Shown here in pieces: positions 36,567 to 49,961 of a stretch of 64,000 nt of DNA. Within the stretch, counting starts at the first letter, position 1. Each line of letters begins with the position of its first letter. Source of the DNA: Asterias rubens (Eukaryota). The translations under genes were made by a program, and so were the position numbers. The notes under the pieces are model-generated. The model ran no database searches. It worked only from the letters and a program-made list of their open reading frames with translations, and was not told the origin of the DNA. The DNA lies in the NCBI RefSeq assembly GCF_902459465.1, contig NC_047066.1, positions 7,192,001 through 7,256,000 of the forward strand, written 5' to 3'.

Positions 36567-39500
36567 TTAAAGTGAAACTCATGGCTCGGACAAAATACCA
36601 GCGGTATTACTTGCCAACGTGCGTCTCGCAACTAACAGTAGTTTAGTATTGGGTTTCTCAAAATAATATTCGAAAATAATTTGTGTTCTCATGAAGGAAA
36701 AACAATCGAATCAATACATTTAATTTACAAATATTTCTACTTTATCATTTCATTCTGCTGGCGATTTAGCAGAGGAAAGAAAATGGTAGGCCTACACAAA
36801 GAAAATTCCAATAACAAACAAACCAAAATTCCCCCAAAACGCATCATAATTCCATAACATGCTTTATCTTCAAAACATGAGTAAGTTTGTAAAGCGTTAC
36901 AATTCAATTCAATTCAATTCAAAGCGCAACGATATGTTTAAAAAGAAATCCGAAAACCAACCTCATTAAACTTCGGAAGAGATTAGATTGACTTTTAGTT
37001 GACGGTCCCTCCAAGAAAGAATAATTCAGATTTGTCCTTTGTTGTTAAGTTAATTATCTATACCATTGGGTTAGAGCTTTTTTCCCTTTTTTATCTTTTT
37101 TAACGGTTATTCTTGTTAAAAACTGTTGCTCCAATTAATTTCCGACTTTCTACCAGATGTTTCAAACCATGGCGGACTAAACAAAAACGTCCTCCATGGT
37201 CAAACATAGAGCTGGGACAGTTCTTGCGCTACGGTAAAACCATTTGTGATAAAATTCGATGGATATTGCTTTCGCTCTATAAGTTGGCCACAAAACGAAG
37301 TATACACAGGTTCACATCGGGAAAGTCAAACGACGACAACAGTAGGCCTAAACTTTCGAATCGAACATCATTCCGCACTGGTTTGTTTCTACGCTCCAGA
37401 CGGGCCCCAGTACAACAGTTGCGCTTTTATGTCAGGTTTGAACACACAACAAACTGTGCAAATAACACTCCAGCTAAAAGTGTTAGCCAACCCCCAAAAA
37501 GGTGACCTTACTGGTCTGACATGATGTCAAAGTTGCTTGTGCAAAGGGTGATGTGGTGCGAAATGTAAACGAAAGGGCGGGGATTGCCCTGAGGTTTTGT
37601 CTTGGGGGCCGAGCTCCTGAAGTACGGGCTGGACTTTCCCAATCAATGAGCTCAAAGTGATTAGAGTGTAAACCAAAAGTGAATGCCTTTGACTGGGGTG
37701 TTTAAAGAAGGACTCTGGTATTTAAACCACACCGGCGCCACGGGGTCGAGGGGGCACCAGACACACGCCGTGTGATGGGCATACTTTCAGGGGGAACTTT
37801 AGGCCCGGTGCACGGAAGTATTTGCAAAGCCCGTACTTTATGTGTACAATGTTTGCCAGTTTTCATATTGCATGGTGCATTTTGTACCAAGACGTTCTAT
37901 TACAAGCATCTTTGTTGCAAAATGGAGTTGTCTTCTTATTGATTTATCCTCATTTCAGTTTTAAATAATTTATATCCAAGGGGAAACTTTTTACGTGTGA
38001 ACGACAAAAGTGACATGTTGTAGGCCCAACGAAAATAACGTGACATAACAAAATTTTTGGAAGTTCATTCAGGCCCATGTTTGTGATATCCTAGGAAAAG
38101 CGATTCACAACACACATTGAGATCTCGACGCAGATTTGCCAAGTTAAGTTGACTTCGATATCACGAGAAATAGCCCGTAGGCCTATACTTGGTGATAATT
38201 CTTCCTCCATGTTTCAACGGGCGACTTGCCCGTCAGTTACGATGCAATCGCAGTCCCAACTTCACTAACGGCCCTACCGTACTAAGCGGTAAAACAGAAC
38301 ACGGCGCGTAACTTTGTAAATTGTTTTGTGCTCTTTGCCTGATTTTTGTTCCCACGAACATTCTTCTGCATCCCCATCGATTTAACTCCCCTATTTAAGA
38401 ACTCCTATTACAAACATTACGTGTGACAAAGCTATAAAACTGTAACTCATTCCCTTCAATGAATCATTGATTCCTACAGAAGCATGATCCTCCACTTACC
38501 CCCCCCCCCCCCCCCCCCCCATCGCAAAAAAAGAAGAAAATCTTCTCGCTCGCCGAAATAATAAATAACACGCAAAATAACAAAACGTGTGAGCAGCCTC
38601 AAGGTGGCACTTCACACGTATGGCGCTATGTGTATCAAATAAATATAGGGACGTAACAAACGAAGATTCCTCGATTCTATTGAAAGTCCACCCCGATCAC
38701 ATTCACTCTTATCGATGCGTGTTCAAAAGGGAGACAGAAAACACCCCCAAATCATTTTAGCACCTTCATGGCGTGGACTACTACCCCTTTCACTTATACA
38801 ACAGAGCAATTCTCGGAGTTGTCACCCCTTCTTCAGTTCCCAAAACAAAGTTGTGTTCTTGTTTTTGTTCGCGTTCATCCACGACAGTTTTGAGCTGTGT
38901 CGGCCACGGGGAAACGCCCGCGTTGAATGGACCCTAAGCAGGAGTTGGCGACAAGGTGGCGCCCGGGCCAGGGTGCATCATCCCCCGGTAACTGTTGTGA
39001 AAGGAAAAACAACCGAGATAGATGGTTCCTGTATTGAGATAAGAGAATATTGATTGAATCATCCCGTGTTTGTGTTATCTTTGCCAGAGGACTTCACCAA
39101 GCCCATTCAAAACCCATGTCTGTCCCTATGTCCTTCCAAACGAGAAGGCTACACGTTTCTACACCTCTCCCTTTGATAGGAGCAGAATAGATGAAAGGAG
39201 AGGGTTGCGCTTTGGTAGTGGTAGAAAGATTCCTTATAACTTTGGCATTAAGGCCTAACGGCCAATGTTGTGTATTTCTGCTGTTGTTGCTTCCATGCTC
39301 CTATTATCATGATGAAGCTGTGTTTTATTCAGTTATTGGTTTATTGTGGACGTCACCTGCCAGTCCTATCCGTTCCTATTGTGTGAATGTCCAAGACCAA
39401 CTGGAATGACAATCGATGATGGACCCACTTCTTATTGTTCCACCATTTTTATTGTCACTGTTCTGACTGAGAACGAAATTATACTTCATTTGCTCGTGGC

Positions 39501-39804
39501 GATGTTACAATTTCTATTTTCCCGTTTTGTGACCTACAAACAGGTTGGAATGGTCAATACTCAAGAAACATTAAAAAACTACTCACTGTGTAAAGAAATT
39601 CGTCTTGCTTCACGTAGCCTTAATAAAACGCTTCATTTACAAAATGTTTGGTGAAATTCTTCTGGTAAAAATTCTGCAAAATATTTCATGAGTTTTTCTC
39701 TCTCAAAAACCAGTGACGCGCACCCGACATAAAGTTGTGCACACCTTCTGCCAACGGCTCAGCCCTTCCATTGCAAACAGCCGAAATTACAGGGTAAAGG
39801 GTAA

Positions 39805-40121
39805 AAATAAAAAACATGTGAAAATTTGAGCCCAATCGGTCGTCGAAACTGCGAGATAATAATGGAGAAACAAACTTTGTCACACCGTCACACGAAGTTG
39901 TGTGCTTTCAGATGCTTGATTTTGAGACCTCAAATTCTAAATCTAGGTCTCGATATCAAATTCGTGGAAAATTACTTCTTTCTTGAAATCTACGTTACTT
40001 CAGAGGGAGCCACATGTTTCTCACAATGTTTTATATTTTCAGCAGCTCCCAATTACTCGTTACCAAGTAAGGTTTTCTGCTAATTATATTTTTGACTAAT
40101 AACCAATACTGTAAACTGCCT
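39805..40121 (-). mobile_element. MITE family 1A, reverse orientation, one end truncated
   Basis: Internal blocks match 36188-36566 reversed. Ends actgcct|TTAA. Confidence 0.85.
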
Positions 40122-40564
40122 TTAAATTTACACAGCAATGAAGTCACCAACATGTTCGAGTGAGGCTGTTCTGCCATTAAAGGTTCATACTTTTCCAATG
40201 TCACCAGTTGTTATGTTTTCAGTTTAACCCAATCCACTCCACATTTGTTCAAAACGTCTTCATGTTTGGAACCCCTTATGCCTTTATGTTTGATCAGTCA
40301 CCACAATTCACTCACGTTGCACCATTACATGAAGGTCCCAGCAGCACCCAACCAATGCACTCCATGTCCAGACCCCCATTGCACCTTAACCAGATTTCCC
40401 ATACAGGTATAAGCCAACATTGACCATTGTTATAACAAGGTGTTAAGTAGCCGTGTATTTCAATTTGCATTGTTTTCCCCACGCCACAAGTGACGTGATT
40501 AGCAAAACCACACAAAAGACACTCTTTGCACCTCTGGCGTGACCTCAACATGTTGGTACTGAAG

Positions 40565-40623
40565 GAAGAAAAGCTTCTTCTAATTTGATTGCTAAAGAAG
40601 AAAAGCTTCTTCTAATTTGATTG
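40565..40623. repeat. Short tandem duplication (32-bp period)
   Basis: gaagaaaagcttcttctaatttgattg at 40565 and 40597. Confidence 0.9.
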
Positions 40624-41042
40624 TTCAACTGTTTCAGGGTTAAGTGAATCATCTTCGCACCTCTTTATAGTACACTTCCTCTTGAATTGAGAAAAAATAG
40701 GTCTTTAGTTACAGTGGTTATCTAACCATGTCGGACGCACCTTTTCAAAAGTAGAGCTTTTTTGAGAAAACAGAATCAGCCGAGCTTTTTTCACAGAGAG
40801 GAAAGCCCGTTGTATTGTTCCAGAAAGCAAAGGTGTTAGAAAGCATTTCTAGGTAACTCAAACCCACACGCATCTATTGGAATCTTAGACAATACAAAGG
40901 TGGTTATTTCCTAAACAGAACATTGATTAATTTAATTATAAGAGCTCATTACATGCATTAATAGGGGACTGGTATAAGACGCGTCCCAGAAACATGTCCA
41001 CATAAAATATTCTTAAATCTGGTAATTCTTGAGAACCTACAA

Positions 41043-41502
41043 AGCAAATGTTTTAGTTGCTACAATCGAAATAAGTCTTATATGGACGTCTTTCAAATCA
41101 ATACGTGGTAAAACCACAACCGTTTTTCGCCCCATTACTTGAACGTGACCTTTTGTTCACAGCTTAATTTAGTTTGCTTATAAAGAGTGCATTCTGATAC
41201 TCCTAATCTCATTTCTGTTTCTTTGTTTTTTCGTCGTCCTCTTATAACATCATTACTGTTAAAAGAGTTAATAGCAAATGTTTTAGTTGCTACAATCGAA
41301 ATAAGTCTTATATGGACGTCTTTCAAATCAATACGTGGTAAAACCACAACCGTTTTTCGCCCCATTACTTGAACGTGACCTTTTGTTCACAGCTTAATTT
41401 AGTTTGCTTATAAAGAGTGCATTCTGATACTCCTAATCTCATTTCTGTTTCTTTGTTTTTTCGTCGTCCTCTTATAACATCATTACTGTTAAAAGAGTTA
41501 AT
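41043..41502. repeat. Apparently perfect 230-bp tandem duplication
   Basis: The unit agcaaatgttttag...aaaagagttaat occurs at 41043-41272 and 41273-41502. I saw no differences by eye. Confidence 0.93.
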
Positions 41503-42019
41503 TGGACCAGTTCCGTTGATCTAGTTGAGAGTTTAACTGCACTACATAAGAATGGTACATGCTCAGTCACTTTCGAACCTGAAGCCATCAAAAATTTAAA
41601 CAAGTTTCCAGCCCATACAAATAAAGAAATAACATTCTTTCCACCGATTCATATAGTACTTAAATTCTGAATCAGCAACTATCTGTTTTTACTTTGAATT
41701 CGGTTATAAGGCAAATAACCTTTGTGAAAAGTTATTCGGTGCCGTTGTTGGCACTTCTCACACTCTGCAAATTGCTTCATTTTATTTCTTCACAATAATT
41801 GCAACCAGACTTTTAGGATCGAGTACAAGTATAAACTCTTCCAATAGATATGTCCTAGTTTTGCAAAACATTAAATCACAATCAGATTTATGTAATGTTT
41901 TGTTTCTAAAAATAAAATCAAATGTAGTGCCGAGGTTGTGAACAGATGGTGTCTGTTGTATTTTTCTGTCAAGCAATCTTGTCCAGTATCAGAAATATTT
42001 TGTTTTTCATTCTGCTTAA

Positions 42020-42395
42020 AGGCAGTCGACACTATTGGTAATTACTCAAAATAATTATCAGCATAAAACCTTACTTGGTGACGAGTAATGGGGAGAGGTT
42101 GATGGTTTAAACATTGTGAGAAACGGCTCCCTCTGGAGTGACATAGTTTTCGGGAAAAAAGTAATTTTCCACGTATTTGAATTCGAGACTTTAGATTTAG
42201 AATTTGAGGTCTCGAAATCAACCATATAAACGCACACAACTTCGTTTGACAAGGGTGTTTTTTCTTTCGTTATTATCTCGCAACTTTGACGACCAATTGA
42301 GCTCAAATTTTCCCAGGTTTGTTATTTTATGCATATGTTTAGATACACCAAGTGAGAAGACTGGTCTTTGACAATTACCAATAGTGCCCAATGTC
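42020..42395 (+). mobile_element. MITE family 1A, near full length
   Basis: TTAA|aggcagtcgacactattggtaattactc. Right TIR is degenerate (aattaccaatagtgcccaatgtct). Confidence 0.88.
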
Positions 42396-44684
42396 TTATT
42401 GAAATAGGCATCGCTCAAATACAAGCATTTTTTTATAAAGACATTTATCGTAATAAACACAATGTCTCTGTATTATTTTTCTTTGACAATCAATACAAAA
42501 GTTTGGCTCGGCCCTATTGATTGATTAATAATTACTTTATTCGTCAGTCATTTTTGTATGAAAATGAAAATATCAACAACTTTTATGTTTTTCGTTGCAA
42601 GGATTTTTAGCAGTAATGTCAATGGTTTACTTCAATACAAACTTGTCTTTCTTTTCTGGTTGTTTAAAAATAATGAGTAGATATGGACCAACAAAATAAT
42701 TTCATTATTATTTTCTTACTATTTATTATATATTTTTAATATTTACCAACACAGAAGGACAGAGGACGAAGTATTGAATGTTTGGGTTAAAGATGAAATT
42801 TTTAGGGGGAAAAAAAAAAACACCATTAAGCAAACATGCCCAATAAAAAAAAACCGGACCAAGGCACAGTTTTATAAAACCTCTCATGTAATGAGAGCTT
42901 ACTGATTATTTACGAAAGAAAAACCCACGTCAAAACGGCAACAAATCACGCGAGAATTAAAATCCGCGATAACGATCTCCATCCCATCGAAATCAAGTCG
43001 ATCGACTTTTAGCTCTGCGTCCGAAAATCATTGTACTCGGCCGTTCCCTGAAATCAAACATTTAAAATAATTTCCCCCTATCCTACTGCTATCTCACAAA
43101 TGATAAATACGTAGAAATACTCACAGTAGGTTGACCCAAGCCACCAAAGAGATCACACTTTTTCAGGAGCGTGGACCCTTAATTCTCGATCTCCCTGCTG
43201 CCAAAATTTGTTTCTGTTGTTTAGTCCCGGTATATGTTTTCGTGCATGCACTCGCAATCGGTCTTTTGCTCGGGGGAAATACTCGCATGGTAGTCGACAG
43301 CGAACAATAATATTCACTCTTTTGATCACCATTGGGTAAAACCCAATGCGCGTCAAGCTTCACAGCGTACGAGTATAATTTTTCCCTCTTCTTCTCGCAG
43401 TGGATTGTGGGTGCACTTCAAAGTTACCTCGGACGATCCCATTGGTATTAGAGGGGTGTCCGTATTGGCTCTCACCCTCAAACAGTGTAAAAACCATACG
43501 TTGCATCGAACACTCAGCACCCAGAGTCTGACAATTTATCTGTCTTCATATACAGTTATTTGATTAAAGGTATATTGGTAAATATTTTAGTAGAGGAATT
43601 TTAGAAACATTCATCTTTAACTGCGTTTCAACCCCACCCCCTCCAAAAGATGTAACAGTGAGTCAGCAGTCAGGAACACCACACACGACAAAGCCCGCCC
43701 ATTTCGGTCCCGATTTCACAACTTCTCCAGTTCCCTCATCACTCTGTTGTCTGGTTTTCATTCTTGTCTATGTATGGCTTCAAGTCAAATGTCAAGACCA
43801 GCGGGCCGTTAGTCTCGACAACCCGGGATGTTTTCACAACAAACACGCCATTACCCAAAAAAGAAAAGAGATATAATAGAAAGAGTAAAATAGATTGGTA
43901 CAGGACTACCGTCTGCTTCCTGTGCGCGCTTTTTCCATCCAGTGCAATTTTTTCATTTGTATATTTTTTTTGCGCGCCATTCCGGCATGCTTGCCAGAGC
44001 CAGACGATCTTAAACCTTGGAAGGTGACAGTGAATTCTGTGTGTGTGTGTGTGCTTTAGTGAGAGTGCTTTAGAGAAGAACGACACGTGCTCAAGACTAA
44101 TTGGTAGAAATGACGTCATTGTCTCATTAAACTTGGCACATGGCAGTAGACAATCTTATGCAATTTGGGACCACTACAAAACAACCAGCGTTCTCTGTGA
44201 ATGACATTGTTTTCAAATTACCTTTTTTTTTTATGTGAGGTTCGATTTCCAGATATCATACCATAATGTTGTTTTGTCCGGCCGTGTACACTTTGTGTTG
44301 TCTGTATTGATCTATTGTTGACGAAACGCAAGGAACCAGCCCACTCTGGGGGTAGGCGTACCCAGGCGTGTAATTTTTTACTTGTGTACGTATTTTTTTT
44401 TAACTAGTGAACGTAGTGCATGTATTGTCCTTCCTCCAGGGTACATCCTACTTCGAATGTTCAGGTTGCAATTGCAAAGATACACTGTTCGCAGAAATTG
44501 TGAAAACAAGTCACAGATCATAAATTAACATCTAGAAGTCACAGAGCATTATTAAAATCCACCTGTTTTTGTTTAGAAGACCGGACGACATTTTAAAAAG
44601 ATATGCTTTAATTGACCAGTGATAATAGACAAATAAGTAGGTAGACACAAACAAATTATTAATTAGTATTTAGTATCTGAAGTG

Positions 44685-44862
44685 TACAGACCTTTTTCAC
44701 GCGTTCACCATATTGGTCATGTTCCCTGTTTACAATGACAGTAATGAATGCTAACATTATTTGCGCACGGCACCAGACTATTATTTCGTCCAGCCTCAGT
44801 TTGGTTACAATGAGTTGGAATGGAGTAAAATCAAAATGACCACACCGTGATCAAGGTCTATA
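44685..44862. mobile_element. MITE with TAGACCTT..TCACG TIRs (TAG...CTA ends reminiscent of Academ)
   Basis: Left tacagacctttttcacg; the right end ccgtgatcaaggtctata reverse-complements to tatagaccttgatcacgg. Confidence 0.45.
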
Positions 44863-45171
44863 TAATGTGTATGAACTCGAAACTGGTTTAAGTGAATCTT
44901 GAAACTGCTTTCATGAACAAACAATTCCCAAATTTACGGTGCCAGGAAATTTTCCTAGCGAATCCGACCGTAGGCCTATATATAATAATTACCACATATT
45001 GAACAGCCTTTTTCAAGTCATTTGCGCTGCCGTGACAACTGATCATCAAAATGTATTGTCCTTTTTGTTGTAGATCCCCGCACAAAGGAAGCACTTACAA
45101 TTCAGTGCTTACATCGACATAAGGGTAAAAGCAAAAACTTAAATTTTCCCGATCGCGCACAATACTTTTAA

Positions 45172-45612
45172 AGACACCCGACACTATTGGTAATTGTCAA
45201 AGACCAGTCTTCTTACTTGGTGTATCTCAACATGTGCATAAAATAAAACACCTGTGAAAATTTGAGCTCAATCAGTCGTCGAAGTTGCGAGATAATAATG
45301 AAAGAAAAAACACCCTTGTCACACGAAGTTGTGTGCGTTCAGATGCTTGATTTCGAGACCTCAAATTCTAAACCTGAGGTTTCGAAATCAAATTCTTGCA
45401 AAATTACTTCTTTCTCAAAAACTACTCCACTTTAGAGGGAGCCGTTGAATATTTGAGTAAAAATAATTACCTCTTACTCGAAAACTAGTACTTCAGAGGG
45501 AGCCGTTACTCACAATGTTGTATACTATCAACAGCTCTCCATTCATAGTTAGAAGTAAGTTTTTATGCTAACAGTGATTTTTCACTACCAATAGGCCTAG
45601 TGATCAGTGCCT
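45172..45612 (-). mobile_element. MITE family 1A, reverse, with an internal partial duplication
   Basis: TTAA|agacacccgacactattggtaattgtc. The gagggagccgtt block occurs twice (~45436 and ~45496). Confidence 0.85.
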
Positions 45613-45854
45613 TTGGTCACATTTTTTTATATATAAAAAGCTGTAATAAAGGAAGTCATCTGTTTATGATTAAATTTACCAGATTGACCTTGAGGTATAC
45701 GACTAGATTTACCACCGAAACTTTAAAAGGAAGTACTTTTGGTCTAAATCTACGTACATCAAATTCACTCAAAACAATAAGATATATCTGACATGAAAAC
45801 CTGTCTCACTATTTGTATGGGATGCATTTTTAAGTATTTGTAGAACAAATTTAA

Positions 45855-46010
45855 AGGCACTATTGTAATTACTCAAGATATTTATTAGCATAAAACCTTA
45901 CTTGGTAACAAGCATTTGGGAGCTGTTGATAGCATAAAACATTGTGAGAAACGTTCTCCCTCTGAAGTAACGTGGTTTTCGCGAAAGAAGTAATTTTCCA
46001 CTTAAATAAT
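45855..46010 (+). mobile_element. MITE family 1, left-arm fragment
   Basis: TTAA|aggcactattgtaattactcaag...cattgtgagaaacg...gaagtaattttcca. Confidence 0.8.
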
Positions 46011-46574
46011 TATTTGAATTTCATTGTACTAGGCATATATACTGCAATAGAACACATCGGTTTTATGTAGACGAGAAGGCATAAAGTGTCCACCACTGTC
46101 CTCTAGGTTCAAGTGAACACATCATACAGCCATTTTGTAAAATATTTCATCCACATAGAGTTGCAACGTTTTACTTGGTTTACGAAACTATTTGTTGTGG
46201 TTGGGCCTATGTTACTGGTATTAAATGTCATTATCAGTTACCTGTCAGATTGAATTTTGAAACTAACCGATGTATAGGCAAATCGATTAACAGTATATGT
46301 TGGCACATTGCTTTCAAATCTCTCAAATTGCTGCATGGAACCTCTCCTTATCCTTTTTGGAGATGTTTAGGAATAAAAACACATTCAGTGTTTTATTAAA
46401 AAATGGGAAGTCATTTAAAATAAATGATAACTTTGCCTCTTGAAATCTTCTAGCATGCAGAACATACGGTCTGCCATTTTGTGGAGTCTGAAATTTGATG
46501 TACAAAATAGCATAGGTCTAACGTGTTCCATTATGAAATGGCACACCAACCACATCGTCAAAAGGACATTTAAT

Positions 46575-46724
46575 CTTTGTTTTACTCATTTCTCAAAAAC
46601 TACAGCAATTCAGCAAGTAATATTTTCAGGGAAGCTTTTTCCTATCATTATCTTCAAACTGTGTAAGTTTAGTGTAAATCTGTGGACGTTGTAGTTTTTG
46701 TCCTACAAAAAGTACATGTACCCT
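46575..46724. mobile_element. End of a second TTAA-flanked (Kolobok-like) element
   Basis: Terminates ...tacaaaaagtacatgtaccct|TTAA, which fits the YY|TTAA rule. Only one end is visible. Confidence 0.35.
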
Positions 46725-48653
46725 TTAAATAGGCGACATCGACCAGAATGCGGAATTGTCGTATGGCAGAAGGCAACGCATCAAACTGGACATAGTATTT
46801 TGTGTGGGACTGAATCTTGCCTATTCCACTATGTTGACACTGGTCACTGATTGGTGATATGTTTCTTCAAATTACAATTGAGTCTAAAATTATGATAACA
46901 AAAATTGCTGATTTTGTTTTGGTTCAGAGTTTTTAATGACAATGAAATGAGCACGTGATTATGGTTGGTCAATCTTGACCAAACAAAAAACAAATCACTA
47001 AATCGCCTTATTGCTTAATTTTGATCGTCTTTAGTAATAATAAGACGATTATATCCAATATCATAAGTCAATTTAAGATTGAGGACAACAATCCAGGAAA
47101 GAAATAACAACGGTACAATAAGTGTAGAGAGTACATGTATACATAATAGTACGTGATAATGTACTATAGAGCGTGCTTGGATGTGTAGCTACATTGACAG
47201 TAGCTTTGTATCACATCACAGACCGCAGCATTGTGTTCGCCACAATATGTCACTGTGTACACTTGTAATATACCGACTTGGGCCCCAGGGCAAAACACGC
47301 GTATTAGCAATAAAGGATCAACAATCTCGGGCGTATTATACGGGAGATTTGGGGGAGAGTAGGGTGGCAAAGCAAGCAGCGCACACGGGGGACAGAGGAG
47401 CGATGGACCCGATGTATTTGTCGGACTAGTGGCATGAGGATCCCCGGAGGGGCCGGGGGTTGGTCGGTGAGGAGAGGAAAGGCCGAGTAGTGCGTTGTTT
47501 GTGGACTGTCCTGATCAACTTACTGTATTATTACACATTTTCGATCGATTTTGGTCTATATAACAACTCGTTGTCGTCACCTGGTTTGTTTGGACGGTTA
47601 GCTTGGCCAGCCTCTCCGTTGCGTTGGGGGCGTATGAAGAGCTCGCGTTTCAAACGACGTCGGGGCAGAAAAATGGGTGCGAGATTTTGTTACGACTGCC
47701 CGTAAGTGAAAAGGTGTTTCACCGGAGAAAACACATCACAGCTTCATTACAATGTACAGAGGGATAGGGTGTCTAACGTTGTGTAATGAAGCCTACACCT
47801 AACATTGTTTTTAGGCTATAGGCTTTGTTTTTGAGGCTATTTTATATAATAATGGTGTCCAACTTATGGAACCAGGAGTCCACTGGAAATGCTACCAGCC
47901 TCGCCAATACAGTTTTCCTGCAAGATGACTAAGTTATTTGTAATAATTTAAACCAAGAAAGCCTCATGCGAAAAAGGGAGACACCGTCTCAACACTGCTT
48001 CCAGCAAGCAGCTTCTGTCCAAATACCCGTCTATGACAAAGCAAAGCCCACATGAAATACTATGATTAAAATTATGAATATGACTGTTTAATGTTACCAA
48101 AAAAAATGAAGAAAAACATTTATTGTTCTCAAATAATTCAACAACGGAAAGCTTTTTTTGCAAAAAGAGAGACACCGCCTTAACATGAGCTAGCAGCTAC
48201 CGTCCAAGCCATATAACAAGTGTCTAGGACAAAGCCTATACGAAATATTATGATTAATATTATGATTATGGTTTATTAATTATACCAACCAAAATAAAGA
48301 AACGTGTTTTAATCCGAGAAGTTTTTATTGTCATCCTGTTGCAAGAGATATTTCTTTCAGAACACTCACTTCCATATTTTACCAAATTAAAATTGTATAT
48401 TGTTATTCAATAATGAAGTAAAGTCCAATAAGCATTTTTATGAGGCGCACAAGAAATAATGACATGGTGGACAAGTTAAATTGTTTGTAATTTGTTGTTA
48501 CTGTGTGTTTGTTTGATTGTTTCTTTATTTTCTCGATGGTGATCAGCTTTGGTAAACATGTCTATACGTTAAAACCGAGGACTTTCACAGATCCGGAAAA
48601 ATCATTTCCAATTCACTTTCGTTATGTACAAAAATCAATGGGGACGTCGCTTG

Positions 48654-49030
48654 AAGACAGTGGACTCTATTGGTAGTTGTCAAGACCAGTCTTCTCACTT
48701 GGTGTGTCTCAACATATGCATAAAATAATCAACCTGTGAAAATGTGAGCTCAATTGGTCGCATGTTGCGAATATGAAAGAAAAAACACCCTTGCCACACG
48801 AAGTTGACGTTTGCTTTCAAATGCAAGTTAATTTCGAGACCTCATCTATTTCTGAGGTCTCGAAATCAAGATTCGTGTAAAATTACTTGTTTCTCGAAAT
48901 TCTACGTCACTTAAGAAGGGATCCGTTTCTCACAATGTTTTGTACTATCAACCTCTTCCCATTACTCGCTACCAATGAATGTTTTATGCTAATTATTTTG
49001 AGTAATTACCAATAGTTTCCACTGCATTAA
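48654..49030 (-). mobile_element. MITE family 1A, reverse, diverged
   Basis: agacagtggactctattggtagttgtc ... aattaccaatagtttccactgcattaa, with the central gagacctca/tgaggtctc palindrome. Confidence 0.85.
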
Positions 49031-49221
49031 AAAAAAAAAACAAGCACAGACAATGGGATAACAAAGGGAAGTCCTCGGTTGTGTCCTTGTTGTGACATTG
49101 TGTGTTTGTTAGTTTTGTTAATTGGTGTGAAACAGACCAATGTTGTCCAGATTGTACACAGGTTTACATGTCGATGACACACAACATAATCACAGACTGC
49201 ACAAATGAACACGGTATTTAA

Positions 49222-49588
49222 AGGCAGTGGACACTATTGGTAATTACTCAAAATAATTATCATCATAAAACCTTTCTTGATTACGAGTAACGGGAAGAGG
49301 TTGATAGTATAAAACATTGTGAGAAACAGCTCCCTCTGAAGTGATGTAGTTTTGGAAGTAATTTTCCACGAATTTGATTTCGAGACCTCAAGTTTAGAAT
49401 TTGAGGTCTCGAAATCAAGCATCAGAAAGCACACAACTTCGTGTGACAAGGGTGTTTTTTTCTTTCATTAATATCTCGCAAATTCGATGACCGATTGAGC
49501 TCAAATTTTCATGTTATTTCATGCATATGTTGAGATACACCAACTGTGAAGGCTAGTCTTTGAAAATTACCAATAGTGTCCACTGCCT
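49222..49588 (+). mobile_element. MITE family 1A, full length
   Basis: TTAA|aggcagtggacactattggtaatt ... aattaccaatagtgtccactgcct|TTAA. Confidence 0.9.
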
Positions 49589-49592
49589 TTAA

Positions 49593-49961
49593 AGGCACTT
49601 GACACTATTGGTAATTAGTCAAAATAATTGTTAGCATTCAAACTTACTTGGTAACGAGCAACCGAAATAAGAGCCGTTGGTAGAATACAGCTGTGGGAAA
49701 CGGCTCCCTCTGAATTATCATAGTTTTTTAAATAACGAGGTATTTCTCACTCAAATATTAAAATACTTCGACCTGAGTCTTTTTTAGGCATTATTCTGAA
49801 AGCATACATAAATATTTGTGCACAAATTGTGTTTTTCTTTCATTATTCTTTTGCAACTTCGATGACCAACTGAGTCCAAATGATCACAGATTTATCATCA
49901 ATGCACATGTTGGGATACACCAAGTGTTCTCTTTGGCAATTACCAAAGGTCCCTAGTGCCT
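49593..49961 (+). mobile_element. MITE family 1B, full length, sharing its left TTAA with the preceding copy
   Basis: cct|TTAA|aggcacttgacactattggtaatt ... taccaaaggtccctagtgcct|TTAA. Has ctcactcaaatattaaaa in place of the central palindrome. Confidence 0.85.

Noticed and set aside
36184-36570. Calling the TTAA MITE a piggyBac derivative
   Set aside because: piggyBac ends are typically CCY...RGG. These begin AGG and end CCT, which fits Kolobok better.
47741-47792. Hairpin with 11-bp arms (gcttcattaca/tgtaatgaagc) as a pre-miRNA
   Set aside because: The stem is short and AT-rich, and pairing beyond 11 bp is poor.
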